From the NCBI RefSeq assembly GCF_009914755.1, contig NC_060928.1: a DNA stretch of 64,000 nt; one strand, written 5' to 3'. Positions 1-13,768 of the stretch are shown here, piece after piece. Each line of letters begins with the position of its first letter. Positions within the stretch are counted from its first letter, which is position 1. The stretch comes from the human T2T-CHM13v2.0 reference genome, Homo sapiens. Below the pieces are notes generated by a model. The model did not search any database and was not told where the DNA came from. It saw only the letters and a program-made list of their open reading frames with translations. Both the position numbers and the translations under genes were made by a program.

Positions 1-628
1 TAGGTTCCATCAGGCAAATAAGTGCTTGCGAGGCATCTAGTCTCACTTAGGGTACAATGCAGAGAGAGGCAGCAAAGTGCTGAATCTGTGTCCAGTCTGT
101 GTTTCAGCACGGGGGTGGGGACATGTAGCAAAGACAGACAAATCCAGGGAAAGGAAGGAAGAGTGGGATAAGGGATATAATTATATAATTTAAAGAGTTT
201 TCTGGATAAAGGCTTTTACCAAAGCCCCCATGGTAATTATTTTAAACCACCACTGAAAGCCTCCTAAACACTTATTTTGACTTTGGTATTAAATATTCTC
301 CAGTGGCAGCAGTGAATGCAGAAGCAAAGCACGCGGGGAGGAACTGGGTAGGCAGACATCCAGTCTCTCTCATTACCTTCAATTCAGCCAGGAAGAGGCT
401 GCTCAGAATACACAACTGGCTTTCTCAGAATAAGCAAATTACAAATCAACAGTTTGGAGAAGGTAACAACTAGGGCCTGTGAGAAATTGTTACCCAGAAC
501 CACAGAGAAAGCTAATGTTGGGCCCATTTTCTAAATAATTTAAATTAATTAATGTAAGAAAATAGAAGAATCATGATCTGCCATATTTTCTCAGTGCAAA
601 TCCCAAACGCACACAATTTCCATTATTT

Positions 629-748
629 TATATAGATATATACACACATATACACACATATATATACGCACATATATACACATACACATATATGCACATA
701 TACCCCCCCACACACATATATACGTACATATATATACACACACACACA
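629..748. repeat. Compound (TA)/(CA) microsatellite
   Basis: Interrupted alternating TA/CA runs are directly visible. Confidence 0.9.
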
Positions 749-2619
749 GTCAATAACATCTTATGTACAGTTGTATTAGCAAAATTAAATATGAGGTCTT
801 TTCAGAATTCCATAATCACAAGATTTGGGCATTGTCATATTCCAGAAGAGTCTCCCTCTTTCAGGGGTTCTGTGGTCCTGGTGGTGAGTGGTAAAGGAGG
901 TAGGAAAATGGGAAAGGGGGATAAGTGTTGGATGGAGAATGAAAATGAAACAAGTTAATAAGTTTGGGAGATAGCTGCTGGAATATTTCTTTCTGCAAAT
1001 GAGTTACTGCTGCCACTGGAGAAGGTACGGTTATTTAAAACCAAAATCAAACAAAAACAGTTTGGGACTTCAAGCAATCAAGGTTCACATTTAAGATTCC
1101 AGCACTTGCTAGACATGGGAACTCAAAGTCTCTATCTGGAACTGAGACAAACACCACCAGCTCTAAAGGAGCACAGATTACAGATACACCAGGCGTACTG
1201 GCACATAGTAGGTTTCCTAAAAACTGTCATTTTATGCGTGTGCTGACTCATCAGAAGGTATTGGTGGCAGAGATGCAAAGAGGGCACGAGGCATGGCGTG
1301 CGCCTCTCAGAAATGTCAACAAACTTGTGGGGGAGAATGGCAAGGGGGCAGACTAGTTAGAAAGCATTTATCTGCAATTCTAGGTCTCAGGGAGCTCTTG
1401 GAAGAGTTCAGAAATTTAGCCAAAAATGAGGCAAAGAATATTCAGGGTTGAGGGGTGGAAGAACTTCTCAAAACAGACACACTATAAATTTGTGAACAAC
1501 CTCACTTAAGGTTCTCAGCACAAGCCAGCCTCGCTGAATTTTGTTTAAAAAAAAAGGACACATTTAATTCTATGAGCCCAGACAATGGGTTTGATGGAAC
1601 TTTTTCAACCACGTACTTTGGCTTGCAGCAGACACTGTCTTAAATCCAGGAAAAGGAGAACAGATTATTTGTTCATATGTTATTTTCATTTTTTGGTAAT
1701 GTTTACACTTTTTACTAACCCATTTATTTCAAATGTAACAAAGTTGGCTTTCTTTACTGAGAGCTACTTGGAGTAAGCAGTGTGCCAGACAATATTCGAA
1801 CAATCTTTTTGCATTAGGACATTATAAAAAAATATCTTTGCTTCTGATAGGGATACATTAACACCTTCAAAGTTAAACTTTGATCTTAAAATTTCAAGCC
1901 AAAAAGCTGAAACAGCTTTGCTAATGGTAAAAGAAAATTCACAGTACTGAAGCACCAATGCTGGCAGTGGAGGAAAACTCAGTGTGGTTTAAAACTTGCC
2001 TAAACTATTTTCAAAGCAATACAAAATATATTGTATGAGACTCATGGGACATATCAAAACAAAACCTGAAGTAGCCCAAATTCTCTTTTTTCCCTTCTTT
2101 TCTGGAGTTGAGTCAATAACTTGCTTATTCTGGATTTCTTTCAGAAGCCATTCAACAGTGGCCCGTTCCCAAAACAGTGAGGTCTGTCCGCATAATACAT
2201 GTAAGTTGAGCTTAAAAGGGTACAGATGACAACTTCAGCCTTTATGTCCTGAATGTCCTATAAGTTATAGTCAAAACTTACATGGTGTTAGAATGTCAAA
2301 TTCAGCTAGAAAAAAGTTAGCAATTCCATGAAGGGTTTTCTTTTACCACAGTGTTGAAAAATATATATTCTAATGCTTGTTAACTTAATATCCAATGTGG
2401 CTAACAATTCATTTTCTGTAAAATATGTAAGTGAAGTGAAACACTGGTATCCATAATCAAACCTACAGCTGGTTTGGGGTCATATTCTCAAATTAAGTAG
2501 AGAACTTTAAGTAATTTAAGAGTAGAATGGCTGTTCAAAGTCATCTGTTACATCGGACAGCAGTGAAGAACTCTCCTCTAGAAATAATAATACTAAAAAA
2601 AAAAATGATGATGATGTCC

Positions 2620-2950
2620 AGCATTGTTTCTAAGTACTTAACAGGTATTGTTGTATTTAATCCTCACAACTCCACCCCTAAATGAGATGGACATTTTCAT
2701 TATTCTTGTTTTACAAAGGTAGTAGATGAAGGCTAGAAAAACCTATTTGCTTCCCACACTCTGGAATCAAATTCCTTAGATGTATCCCCCAGTGCCGCCG
2801 AGCTACCTGAGCTTGGTCCAGTTATCCTTCTAGATTCTTTATCTGTAAAATGGGCATACTAGTATCTACTTATAACATATAAATTAATAGTTTCAGGTAT
2901 AAATGTGATTGTCCCTATAAAGTCCTCAATCTAGTACCTGGTACAAAATA
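2620..2950. mobile_element. Degenerate MIR fragments
   Basis: 'tttaatcctcacaac', 'ttttacaaagg' and 'atctgtaaaatggg' resemble the MIR core; borders are approximate. Confidence 0.55.
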
Positions 2951-3864
2951 CACAGAAAGCTGCATTTTCCTGCAGGATCCAAACACTACTTCTCATACAT
3001 TAGGTGGTGGCTCCTGATCAGGCTGAAGGTGAACATCAACAACAGCAGAGACAATCTAGAAAAACTGCCAGGATGATCAGAAGGAGAGGTGGCAGGGCTT
3101 CTCAGGAGTTAAGCTTGGGAACACTGACTGCAAGCTTTTGAGGGTAGGAAATTTATGTCTCCAAACATCATGCCTGTTGATTTAATAAATGTATAGTGTA
3201 TATTTTCCCTTTCTACCCCACTTTTGTTTTCTAGGAAAGCCTGGCAGTACAGAAAGGAGGATGAAAAATAGAAAAAATGGATTTGAGATGTAGCTCTACC
3301 TCTGGGGACAGATCCCACAACTCCTCACATAAAAGAGATGCCAGAAGGAGAGATCAAGGTTAAGGGTATATCACGAGAGACTCAAGACAGTCAATTTTGA
3401 TACCTCTAAAAAATCTGTTTAAGTCACACAGTTAATGGCTTAAAAAATGATGGCCCCTCCCACCCACTCTAGATTTAGATGAAATTGTGGTGAAATCCTG
3501 AGCTATCTCAATGAAACATGTCTTCAAAATTTTTCTCCCACAAGAGGAAACTTAGACCAAACCTATACAAAAATATAATATGTTAGGTTGCCTGAAAGTA
3601 TTTCCAGAGATTTGGAGTTGATGTGCCATGGAGGATATAAATAATATCGCATAAACCCAATCCTTCCAGAACTGTTTCAGTGCATTTCGAAAGAGTTTAA
3701 TTAGAAACTGGGAGCCAAAGATGGGCCACAGTATGAGATTCTCTAGTGCTTAGCTCACATTCTAGATGTTTCCAGATTTAACAGACAGACTTTAAAAAAT
3801 TAAAACAAACTAAACGATATAAAAGAGATGCAAAAGTATCACTAGGTATAAGGGTTTATCATTA

Positions 3865-4335
<471 letters not shown>

Positions 4336-7300
4336 TCAGAACTCCTAGTAAAGTAGTTCACAGCAGCACTATAGAAAGTTATTCAAATTTAAAAAATTAT
4401 TTATCAGAAATACCTAATAGGTTTTGATCAACTTTACATGATTCTTAATTACATTTATCCATGAAATTTTTTTCTAAAAAGAAAAAAAAAATCAAGCTTT
4501 CTGCTGATCCTGGCAATTTTACAAGAGCCTGGTGGGTAACTGGGTGAGAACACCTGGCTTTGCTTTTGGACGACATTCTAGCCGGGGCTGCTGCTCTTGC
4601 TATGAAAGGAGTCAAGAATGAACCAAGGCAGAAAGACCTGTCAGGTTTCCCTATCAGGTCTGTAGAGTGAGACTTCCATTATGATTGTATTTTCAACTGT
4701 AGTTTGGTCTTATGTATTTATTTAAATGTTTTTATTAAAAATGCTGAAGAGTTATTTTTTTTAAGAAGGATACTCATATTGAAACTCAAAAAGAAAAAAT
4801 TAGAAAGCCCAGTGGAATTTCTTCGGTGGTGATCTAGATTATGGAAGACAAAGATTTCTATTATCATAATCACTAGGAGAAAGGGTTTTCTATCTGAAAT
4901 TTTAAGAGCTTCAAATATGATACATTATAGAAGTTCAACACAAGAAAAAGATTCAGCTTTTGGATTTTATCAGCTTTAGGAACAATATTTTAGTAGAAAA
5001 TCTGAACAGAAAAATGCTCAATATGTATCACTTATGTGAAAGAGAACCTACAGTTGTAACTTGCCACCTTAGGGAAAAAAGTAAAAGATGAGGAAATAGT
5101 ATTTTCTTATAACAAAAATGATCACTATGCAAAACAACTTACAAGCTACTGAAATAATATTCTCTCTACAAAATTTTATAACATCTCATTTTTTACATGT
5201 GCCATGTACTGTGCTAACTATGCTAATCCTATGCCAAAGGTTACATTCTCCTTACTTTGTAGGCAGCAGAACTGGCTCAGAGAAGCTGATTTTAATTTGC
5301 TGACGGTCCCACAGTCAGATTGGGACAGAACTGTGCTCTTCACCCTGTGCTATTTCACAGAATGATTTGAGTGCACTCATTAAAATTGTCACTTGACAAA
5401 ACACACATTCACATTTCCTAAGACATTATATTCCTAAGTTCATTACTTAAATGCTAATTATTCTTTGTGCTGATAAAATAATTCTATTCACTACTGATCA
5501 GTACAATTTGAACACAGATTGGATGCGTTCCATTTCCATATCAACGAAAAAATAATGATTTACCTACAGGCACTCTAGCACATCTAATGATTTGCCTGAA
5601 ATCTCAGCCATGGGTTTTATGACACAAGATCGGAAGGAGCTACGCGAAGTGATGTTTCCTTTCCTGCTGAGAAACAAATGAGTACACTGCAGCAGGTCTG
5701 ACCCTAAACAGTCAGATTTGTAAAGTCACCACTTAACTCCCTGGGAGAAAAGCCTTCCCCAGACAGCAGTGTTAGAATGCCTGGCAGTCTGGAGCTGGAC
5801 AAATTAGTGTTAATCCATTCAGCCACAGTGTTTGCCTGTGATCTTTAAACTGCTACTCGAACTGCTAAGGAGACTTTTAGCCACTTTACTTAAAAAATAT
5901 CAGATATGATCAACAACAACCAAATTTAAAACTGATATACTTTTTTTTTTTCAAAAAAGAAGCCCTTAATTAAAAATTACTCAGTGACTCACTTCTCAAA
6001 TATTTATAGTGTACTTACTATGTGCTAGGCCATTTGCAGGGCACTGAAAAAGAATGATAAACCAGAAAAGACAGACATAGTTCCTGCTTTTACTGAAATT
6101 TAGTATTCAACTTGAGACTCCTACCAATGTTTGCTCTGGTAGAAACAGGCAGTCCAAGTACCTTTGAAGTGTTTATTAATTTTGAGTTACCATCTTAGAA
6201 ACCTCAAAAATGAAAATAAATGCCAGTGTCTTAACAATACACTGGTACAACACAATGAATATTTTTGATATTTCACTTCTCTTTCTTGAGATTACTATTC
6301 TCTGCTTGATACTTACAACATTTAAAGAACATGCTTATCCAAGAACTGGAGAAAGATGATGGCAAGAATAAGACAAAAGAAGCAAGGCTACCATACGCTA
6401 CGGAAGGTAAATGCCCAAAGCCAGACAGAAAGGATACCAGATCAAATGACGCGTGGCTTGCCCTGCTTTTGCTTCTGCATCACAGAGACAGCTCTGATTT
6501 CCTTCAGGTATTAAGAAAAACTGTGCACCACCTGTAACCCATGTTACTGACAAAGACATCAACACCATCCCTTCTGCAGTCATTTCTTCACCATCCCTTC
6601 CACGCATGTGGCCTCTCAGCTTCGTCAACATCCCTAATTACCAAGGTTTTCTCTGTTCTTTGCGTCATAATGACTATTTTAAGAAGTTGTATAATCACCT
6701 CTACGGCTCTGTCTTCCACCTAAAATAACAAATAGTCTCCTTTACTTTAATATTAACAGGTCACTTGACCTACATATTATTTTGCTAACTATTTTACACT
6801 GTATTCCTAACAAATCTTTCCTCATTTCCCAAATAAAACATCAAGTGATCACAGCCATGAAAAAAGACATCCTAGGGATTTACATTTCATTCCAGATGTT
6901 AGGACATTAAAGAAAGTCCGTCCTACTAGGAATGGTTGTTTTGTGTTGTTCAATAGCTTTCACATTTTTTTAGAAGAGGTAAAATATATATGAATACTGG
7001 AAGTTAAAGCAGATGTAAAATGTTTAACATACAGAATACTTGGATATGAGCAAGTTGCAGTCACTCAGCAACCTCTTGACATAATGCTTTTGTAAAACAA
7101 CTTTTCTGTCTCACAATATTACGCAAATCATTTTGCAATTTCTTTTAGCTGTCACAGATGTAAAGCTTGAATCAATTTACATCAATGTGACTCAAAACAG
7201 AGTACATTATGTTAAAACAGAACAACAGTGATAAGGTACCTTGAACCACAGAAAGATAAAATATTTCCATAGCTATCTGAATATAAAATACTATAGCATG

Positions 7301-7344
7301 AATATATTATTAAAGGAGTTTTAAAAATACATAATTTTACTTAC

Positions 7345-7409
7345 ATCAAGAGAGCCTTCATTTATAACAATCATTCCCATGTTCTTCTTCAACAGTTTGC
7401 AGGAGTGTC
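7345..7409 (-). CDS. ATP8A1: ATP8A1 coding exon, 65 nt, (G)HSCKLLKKNMGMIVINEGSLD
   Basis: gatacag|GA acceptor, GAT|gtaagt donor; continues AINIG-HSC in frame. Confidence 0.95.
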
Positions 7410-8039
7410 CTGTATCCAAACACAGAGTATATTAAAATTAATTTCTCCAGAGAATATGTAAAGATGTTAAAACAATGATATGTACTATGAAAATATCTAA
7501 AGATGATTTTATAATGACTGAGGGCAACCAGTTGTTTTCCAGGTTTGTAGGAAGTTAAACATGAAATGCTCTTGCTTGCCATAGGAGGGATATGCAACAA
7601 GTACATCTGGCCTGTTAAGGCTACAAAGACATCTGGAAAAAGATGGTGGTAAGGATTCTCGATGTCCTGAAGCTGACAAATGGATTTGTAATACACTTCA
7701 TGATAACCAACATGAAGAGCAAAAGACAGGCCAACGATTGTTTCTAGAAAATAGAATAACAGAACCCTTCTCTAGACACCTAGGGAAGGTGCAGGTGGCT
7801 GTCTCTTGGATCCGCTGATCCCATCACCATCTCCCTTCCTGGGAGAATCAGTACATCCTCTACCTTCCTACCCTCTCTTGCTTTGTTGCACTTACTGCAG
7901 GGCAAAAATCCTCCCTTTGTTCAATTCAACTTGGCCTACTCTGTACCTGTTTGCTACAGCCGACTGTGTCTAAAGAGGCAACTCTGCTGATGTCACATTT
8001 TAAAAATACCATCCTATTTAAAATAATTCCACTATGTGA

Positions 8040-9155
8040 GTACACTGCCTTTGTGATCTCATTCCGTCTCATGATTTCATGTATCATCTAAATGTTGACC
8101 ATTTTGAAACTCCTATGTTCAACTCAGCCCTCCTTCCTGAACTCCAGACTCTCATATCCAAGTACTTACTTAACCGCAGACACTTACATAGGAAGTAGGC
8201 ATTTCCATCATCTCAAAGTCAGCCTACTCAAAAACCAGGCTCCTGACCACACTCCTCCAGCCCCCATCAAGAAAACCTACTTTCCCTTCAGTTTTCATCA
8301 TTTGGGTTAATGGTAATTCCATCCTTCGGATGCTAAGGCCAAAAACCTCGAAGTTACCTGATCTATTTCTTTCTCTCATACTCTACATCTATCAGTCAAT
8401 CTTGTTGTCTCTACCTTTAAAACACATCAAGAACCTAACAACTTCTTACCATTAAAACACATCAAGAAGCCAACCACTTCTTACCCTTTCCCTTGTTACC
8501 ACCTTGGTCCAAGTCTCCATCATATTTCCCCTGGATTAATGCAATAAGCCTATTCACTGGTCTCCCTGATTCTACACTTGCTTCCCTCTGAGTCCATTTT
8601 CAGCCTAGCAGCCAGAGTGACTGTTTTTACAGGAAAGTCAGAGCATGTCTTTCCTCTGCTGAGAACCATCAAGTGATGTCCCTGTTTACTTGCAGTAAAT
8701 GCAGAGTCCTGACAGTGGCCTGGGAGGCCCCGTCCACCCTGGACACTGCTATGCTGAAGATCTCTTCTGCTACTATTCTTTCTTTTATTTTTGTGCTGTT
8801 TCTCTCTGTAACAGAAGACAGCTTTTCTCTAATCATCATGCGACAAGCTCCCTCTCCTCTTTTAGGTTGTTCCTCAGATGTCACCTTCTCAATAAGTTCT
8901 ACCTGACTGTGCTATTTAAAACTGAATCCCTCTGTGCAATGCCCTGTGTTTCCCTCCCATTTTAGTTTTCTTTATAGCAATCATTGATAGCTATTATACT
9001 ATGTGCTTTTCTAATTTACTTTACTGTGCGTTTCTCTGACTAGTATCTGAGCTCCACAAGGGCAGAGATTTTGGGTTCTTTCGTTCCCTGCTCTGTTCCT
9101 TGCACTTAACCAGTACCTGGCACTGTATATACCACAATTATGCTGAATGGGTGAA
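8040..9155 (+). mobile_element. L2 3' region (degraded)
   Basis: L2-like segments 'cctgaactccagactc', 'gcagccagagtga' and 'gctccacaagggcagagatttt', ending in 'tgctgaatgggtgaat'. Confidence 0.7.
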
Positions 9156-9896
9156 TCTTCCCTAAGTTTTTCTAGGAATCAATCATGGCTCAAGATTCTA
9201 AATGTTAAATGTTACCAGAAACCACTACTATACTCTTTTTTCATAGGAACATTCATAATGGTGAACATATCCTGAACTTGACATTTTCCTATTTTCCACA
9301 TTTACTGCCCTTTATTGCCATATATTTTCTATTTGTAGTCTGTTTTATCATATTTGTGTTTTTAGGTCTCCCAATTTCAATATGTTCTGCATTTCACCAT
9401 TATTTTCCTTCTCATATATATTCTTTCCATTTTCTCTCTAATAGCAGCGATAATTTTTACAATCAAAATTAACAACTTGTGTGGTTTGTAAAGTTCTACT
9501 AGTTTTTAAAAAATAAACTGAATTTTCTATTAATAACATCAATTTGCTATAAATTTGAAGTAGAGTTTTATATTTACAGGATATGTTAGGCTGACTGCTA
9601 ATACTTCTAAAATAAATGTTAGCTAAATTTTAAAAAATACACAATATTTTAAAATGGCTTTCTAAAAAATGTGGTTTCATGCTGTGAACTCCTCTAAAAT
9701 ACTTCCTTCAACTTGGGTGGAGTTTTGTATGTAATATATATGATTACTATCAAGAGGATAAATCCATGTCAGGGTTTATAGTGCTCAAGCTACCTACTTT
9801 TACTAAATTTGGTGAAAAAACTTTTTTTTTCTTTTTTGGCATATTGCTGGTACTACAGGCTTCCAATGCCAAACAACTTTCCCTGTGTAAGATCTC

Positions 9897-10581
9897 TGTT
9901 AGGGACTCAATTGATCTCCCTACCACCACTCATCCCAATTCCTATGCTGAACTCCTAACCGCCAGTGACACTACATTTGGACATAGTCTTTAAGGAGGTA
10001 ATTAGGTTTCAATGAGACCATAAGGGTGAGGCCTGCTATGGTCTGAATGTTTGTGTTCCCCCCAAATTCATATGCTGAAACCCAGTCACTAGTATGGTGA
10101 CAGTAGGAGGTGGGGTCTTTGGGAGATGATTAGGTCATGAGAGCAGAGAGCTCATGAATAGGACTGGTGCCCTTATAAAAGAGGCCTCAGAGGGCTGCCT
10201 TGCCCCTTCTACCATGTGAGAACACAGTTAAGAAGGTGCTATCTATGAACCAGAAGGCCAGTGGTCATCAGACACCAAATCTGCTGGTGCCTTAACCTTG
10301 GGCTTCTCAGCCTTCAGAACGATGAGATATAAATTTGTTGTTTATAAGCCACCCAGCTCGTGGTATTTTGTTATGGTAGCCAGAACGGACTAAGACAGCA
10401 CTGTAATGCAATAGGACTGATGTTTTAGGAGGAAGAGACATAAGGAGTAGTACACAGAAGAGGAGCCACGTGAGGACAGCCGATCTTGAACTTCCAGCTT
10501 CTAGAACTGTGTGAAAATAAATTTCTGTTGCCTAAGCCACCCAGTGTGTGGTACGCTCTTATGGAAGCCCGAGCTATTATA
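9897..10581 (+). mobile_element. MaLR LTR (MLT1B-like), split by a second MaLR LTR
   Basis: 5' part 9897-10033 and 3' part 10398-10581 ('cttccagcttctagaactgtgtgaaaataaatttctgttgcctaagccacccagt') join across the insert. Confidence 0.7.
10034..10397 (+). mobile_element. MaLR solo LTR (MLT1A0-like)
   Basis: 364 bp, TG..CA ends ('tgctatggtctgaatgtttg' ... 'ggactaagaca'), internal 'cccttataaaagagg'. Confidence 0.8.
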
Positions 10582-10910
10582 AACTCTTTCCAAAACATGG
10601 GGATTAACATAGTATGAATGCAAATTAGCAACCTTCTTCTTTCCTATTATCTTAAAATAACCTTTGGTCACATAATCAAGTATCAATACATAAATCTTCC
10701 ATAAGCCCAATCTCCAGACAACTGCAGAAATGTTATCCACATGTGCCACTTATGGATGGGAGGCAGAGATGCAATGGTGAAAAAAGATTGGAATATTCCA
10801 ATCTTGACATATCAAATCTTTTAGATCTTGAAATGTCTCAAATCCATCTTCTGAACTACATTAACTTATTAAAAAGCACCAACATGTAAAATGTGAACTA
10901 GGTGAATTAC

Positions 10911-11049
10911 CGATGTTAATGGCAGTTTCTTGCTTGTCCCCTGTAAGGATCCAGATTTTGATGTCTGCTTTCATTAGCGTTTCTATGGTTTCAGGCACTT
11001 GATCTTGTAATTTATCCTCAATGGCTGTTGCTCCAAGTAGCTGAAGATT
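10911..11049 (-). CDS. ATP8A1: ATP8A1 coding exon, 139 nt, [46 protein letters not shown](G)
   Basis: ttttcag|AAT acceptor, TCG|gtaatt donor; [10 protein letters not shown] and TGDKQETA P-domain motifs. Confidence 0.97.
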
Positions 11050-11330
11050 CTGAAAAAAATTAGTGGTAGAAATGTTTTAAAAATCCGTTCATATTCTTTA
11101 AAAACAAAAAATTGAAGTGTGTATATGTTTTAAAATCAGAGACTAAATGATAATTCATGGACTTTGGTGTAAATTCCAACTATCCCATTGAGTTTTCTGA
11201 AATATCCTTGACTTTCATGCAGTCTTTAGGCATTACACTGAGGCTCCCTGAAACTGTCTAACCCAACCCCTAAGGTAAGGAACAGATTCTAAAATAAATT
11301 TGCATAGAAGGGGAGTAAAATCCAAAGTCA

Positions 11331-11655
<325 letters not shown>

Positions 11656-11672
11656 AGTTAAAAAGGACAGGC

Positions 11673-11709
<37 letters not shown>

Positions 11710-12024
11710 ATACAAACAGCTATGGGAGACTACCATAGTGAAGATGCAATCTTGCTGACCTGTTTAAAAACAGTGAGGTTACATGTTAACACTATTAAAT
11801 TGTAATTTGAAGCAGTGTCAGGAAATGTATACACAATTAGAAACCAAGAGGAAAAGAACAACAAAGTGATAGTATTAGTCTCTGCAAGGAAGAACAAGTT
11901 GAATGTTTTTCACATAGTTCCACATTTGTGTAGGGGAAGATCAGACTCAAAGATCTCTTGCTCATTAGATATTGTCTTGTACCATAAGACCAAACACAAC
12001 CAATGGGCTCTGGGGAAAGCTGTT

Positions 12025-12333
<309 letters not shown>

Positions 12334-12917
12334 TAATCTCTCATGAGAAAGAATGGTTTCTACTCTCATCTTCCTAAACGGAGATGGTAAGCGGGAGAGA
12401 ACAATCTCTTGGCTGTTAGGGAAACCTGGTTTGCCAAATGGACACAGATAATGTTGTTCTTGGTCCTAAATACATAAGAATGTAGTGATGGATTAAGATA
12501 TAAAATTTTATTTCCATCACATGACTAGGCACTGTTGCTAGCTGGGTACCCTTCTTAACAGTGCTCTGCAGGCCACAACCAACTGATTCTCAGTCTTGCC
12601 CTGTTTCAACCTCCAGCATGATCCTCGTCAGCATTTATCTTTCTTCTCAATCATTTTCTCCTCTCTTGCCTTCATTTTTTTTCCATTTAAAATACAGGTG
12701 AGGGCAGAATGGATGCAAGGGAATGAATGCAAGGGAAAGTAAGCCAGAATTGGTGATAACAAAGAAAGCCATTTTCTACTTTTCCTTATTGTTCACCAAA
12801 ATTGAAGTCTAAAATTAGTCTCAAGCTTTGCTTAGGCATGAACAATAAAGTTAACTATATATACAAACATGCAAGTGAGAGAGAAAGTGTGTGTATATGC
12901 ATGCATGTAATTTATAC

Positions 12918-13310
12918 CTGCATTAGTTTGGAATGCTTTTTGGCTGCAAGTAATAGAAAAATCTAACAATGGCTTAAATAAATTAATTTTCCTCACTTAC
13001 GTAGTACTGAACTGGGCAGTTGTGGACATTAAATTTGTAGCTCGACCATACCTCAACTCATTCTCCTGACCTCTCCCAATGTCCCAAGGTATAGTTATAA
13101 AGGCCATATAGAAGACAAAAATACCAACTGTATCTATCTCTTACATGAAAAGCAAAGTGTTTTGAAAAGCCCTCAGCATATTTCCAAATACTCGGCCAGA
13201 TAGTTTTACATGGCTAACCCCAACTATTTGTATTTAGCTTTTCCAGGCTCCATAGTAGAGCTGTTGAGGAAGAAGGGGGATGGGAATGAGTGCTAAATTG
13301 GCCAGGCAAC
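12918..13310 (-). mobile_element. Old MaLR LTR (MLT1J/K-like)
   Basis: 'ggaatgctttttggctgcaagtaatagaaaa...ggcttaaataaat' resembles the reverse complement of old MLT1 3' ends. Confidence 0.5.
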
Positions 13311-13477
13311 AGTCCCCGCTATAGCGGCCATACAGGATGGGCACGCACATGCATAGTATTTGTCTTTGTATACATGAGTATGTATGTCTAAGTAGATACA
13401 CACACATGTCCCCCACTGCCTTGCCTGGTGAAACTTGGTTCATCCTCTAAAACCAAACTCAAAAGTTATTGTTTCTT

Positions 13478-13768
13478 GGCCAGGCGCGGTGGCTCATGCC
13501 TGTAATCCCAACACTTTGGGAGGCCTAGGCGGGTGGATCACGAGATCGAGACCATCCTGGCTAACACGGTGAAACCTCGTCTCTACTAAAAATACAAAAA
13601 ATTAGCCGGGCATGGTGGCAGGCACCTGTAGTCCCAGCTACTCGGGAGGCTGAGGCAGGAGAATGGCATGAACCCAGGAAGCGGAGCTTGCGGTAAGCCG
13701 AGATCAAGCCACTGCACTCCAGCCTGGGCAACAGAGCGAGACAGTCTCAAAAAAAAAAAAAAAAAAAA
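13478..13768 (+). mobile_element. AluY with an 8-bp left-arm deletion
   Basis: AluY diagnostics 'atcgagaccatcctggctaacacgg', 'gaatggcatgaacc' and 'gcggagcttgc'; perfect 17-bp TSD aaaagttattgtttctt. Confidence 0.95.

Noticed and set aside
692-958. 88-aa ORF
   Set aside because: Begins within a TA/CA microsatellite, giving a low-complexity H/T/Y/I translation.
3001-3150. Possible intronic snoRNA (TGATCAG and GATGAT words)
   Set aside because: I could not find a properly spaced C/D box pair with a terminal stem on the host (minus) strand.
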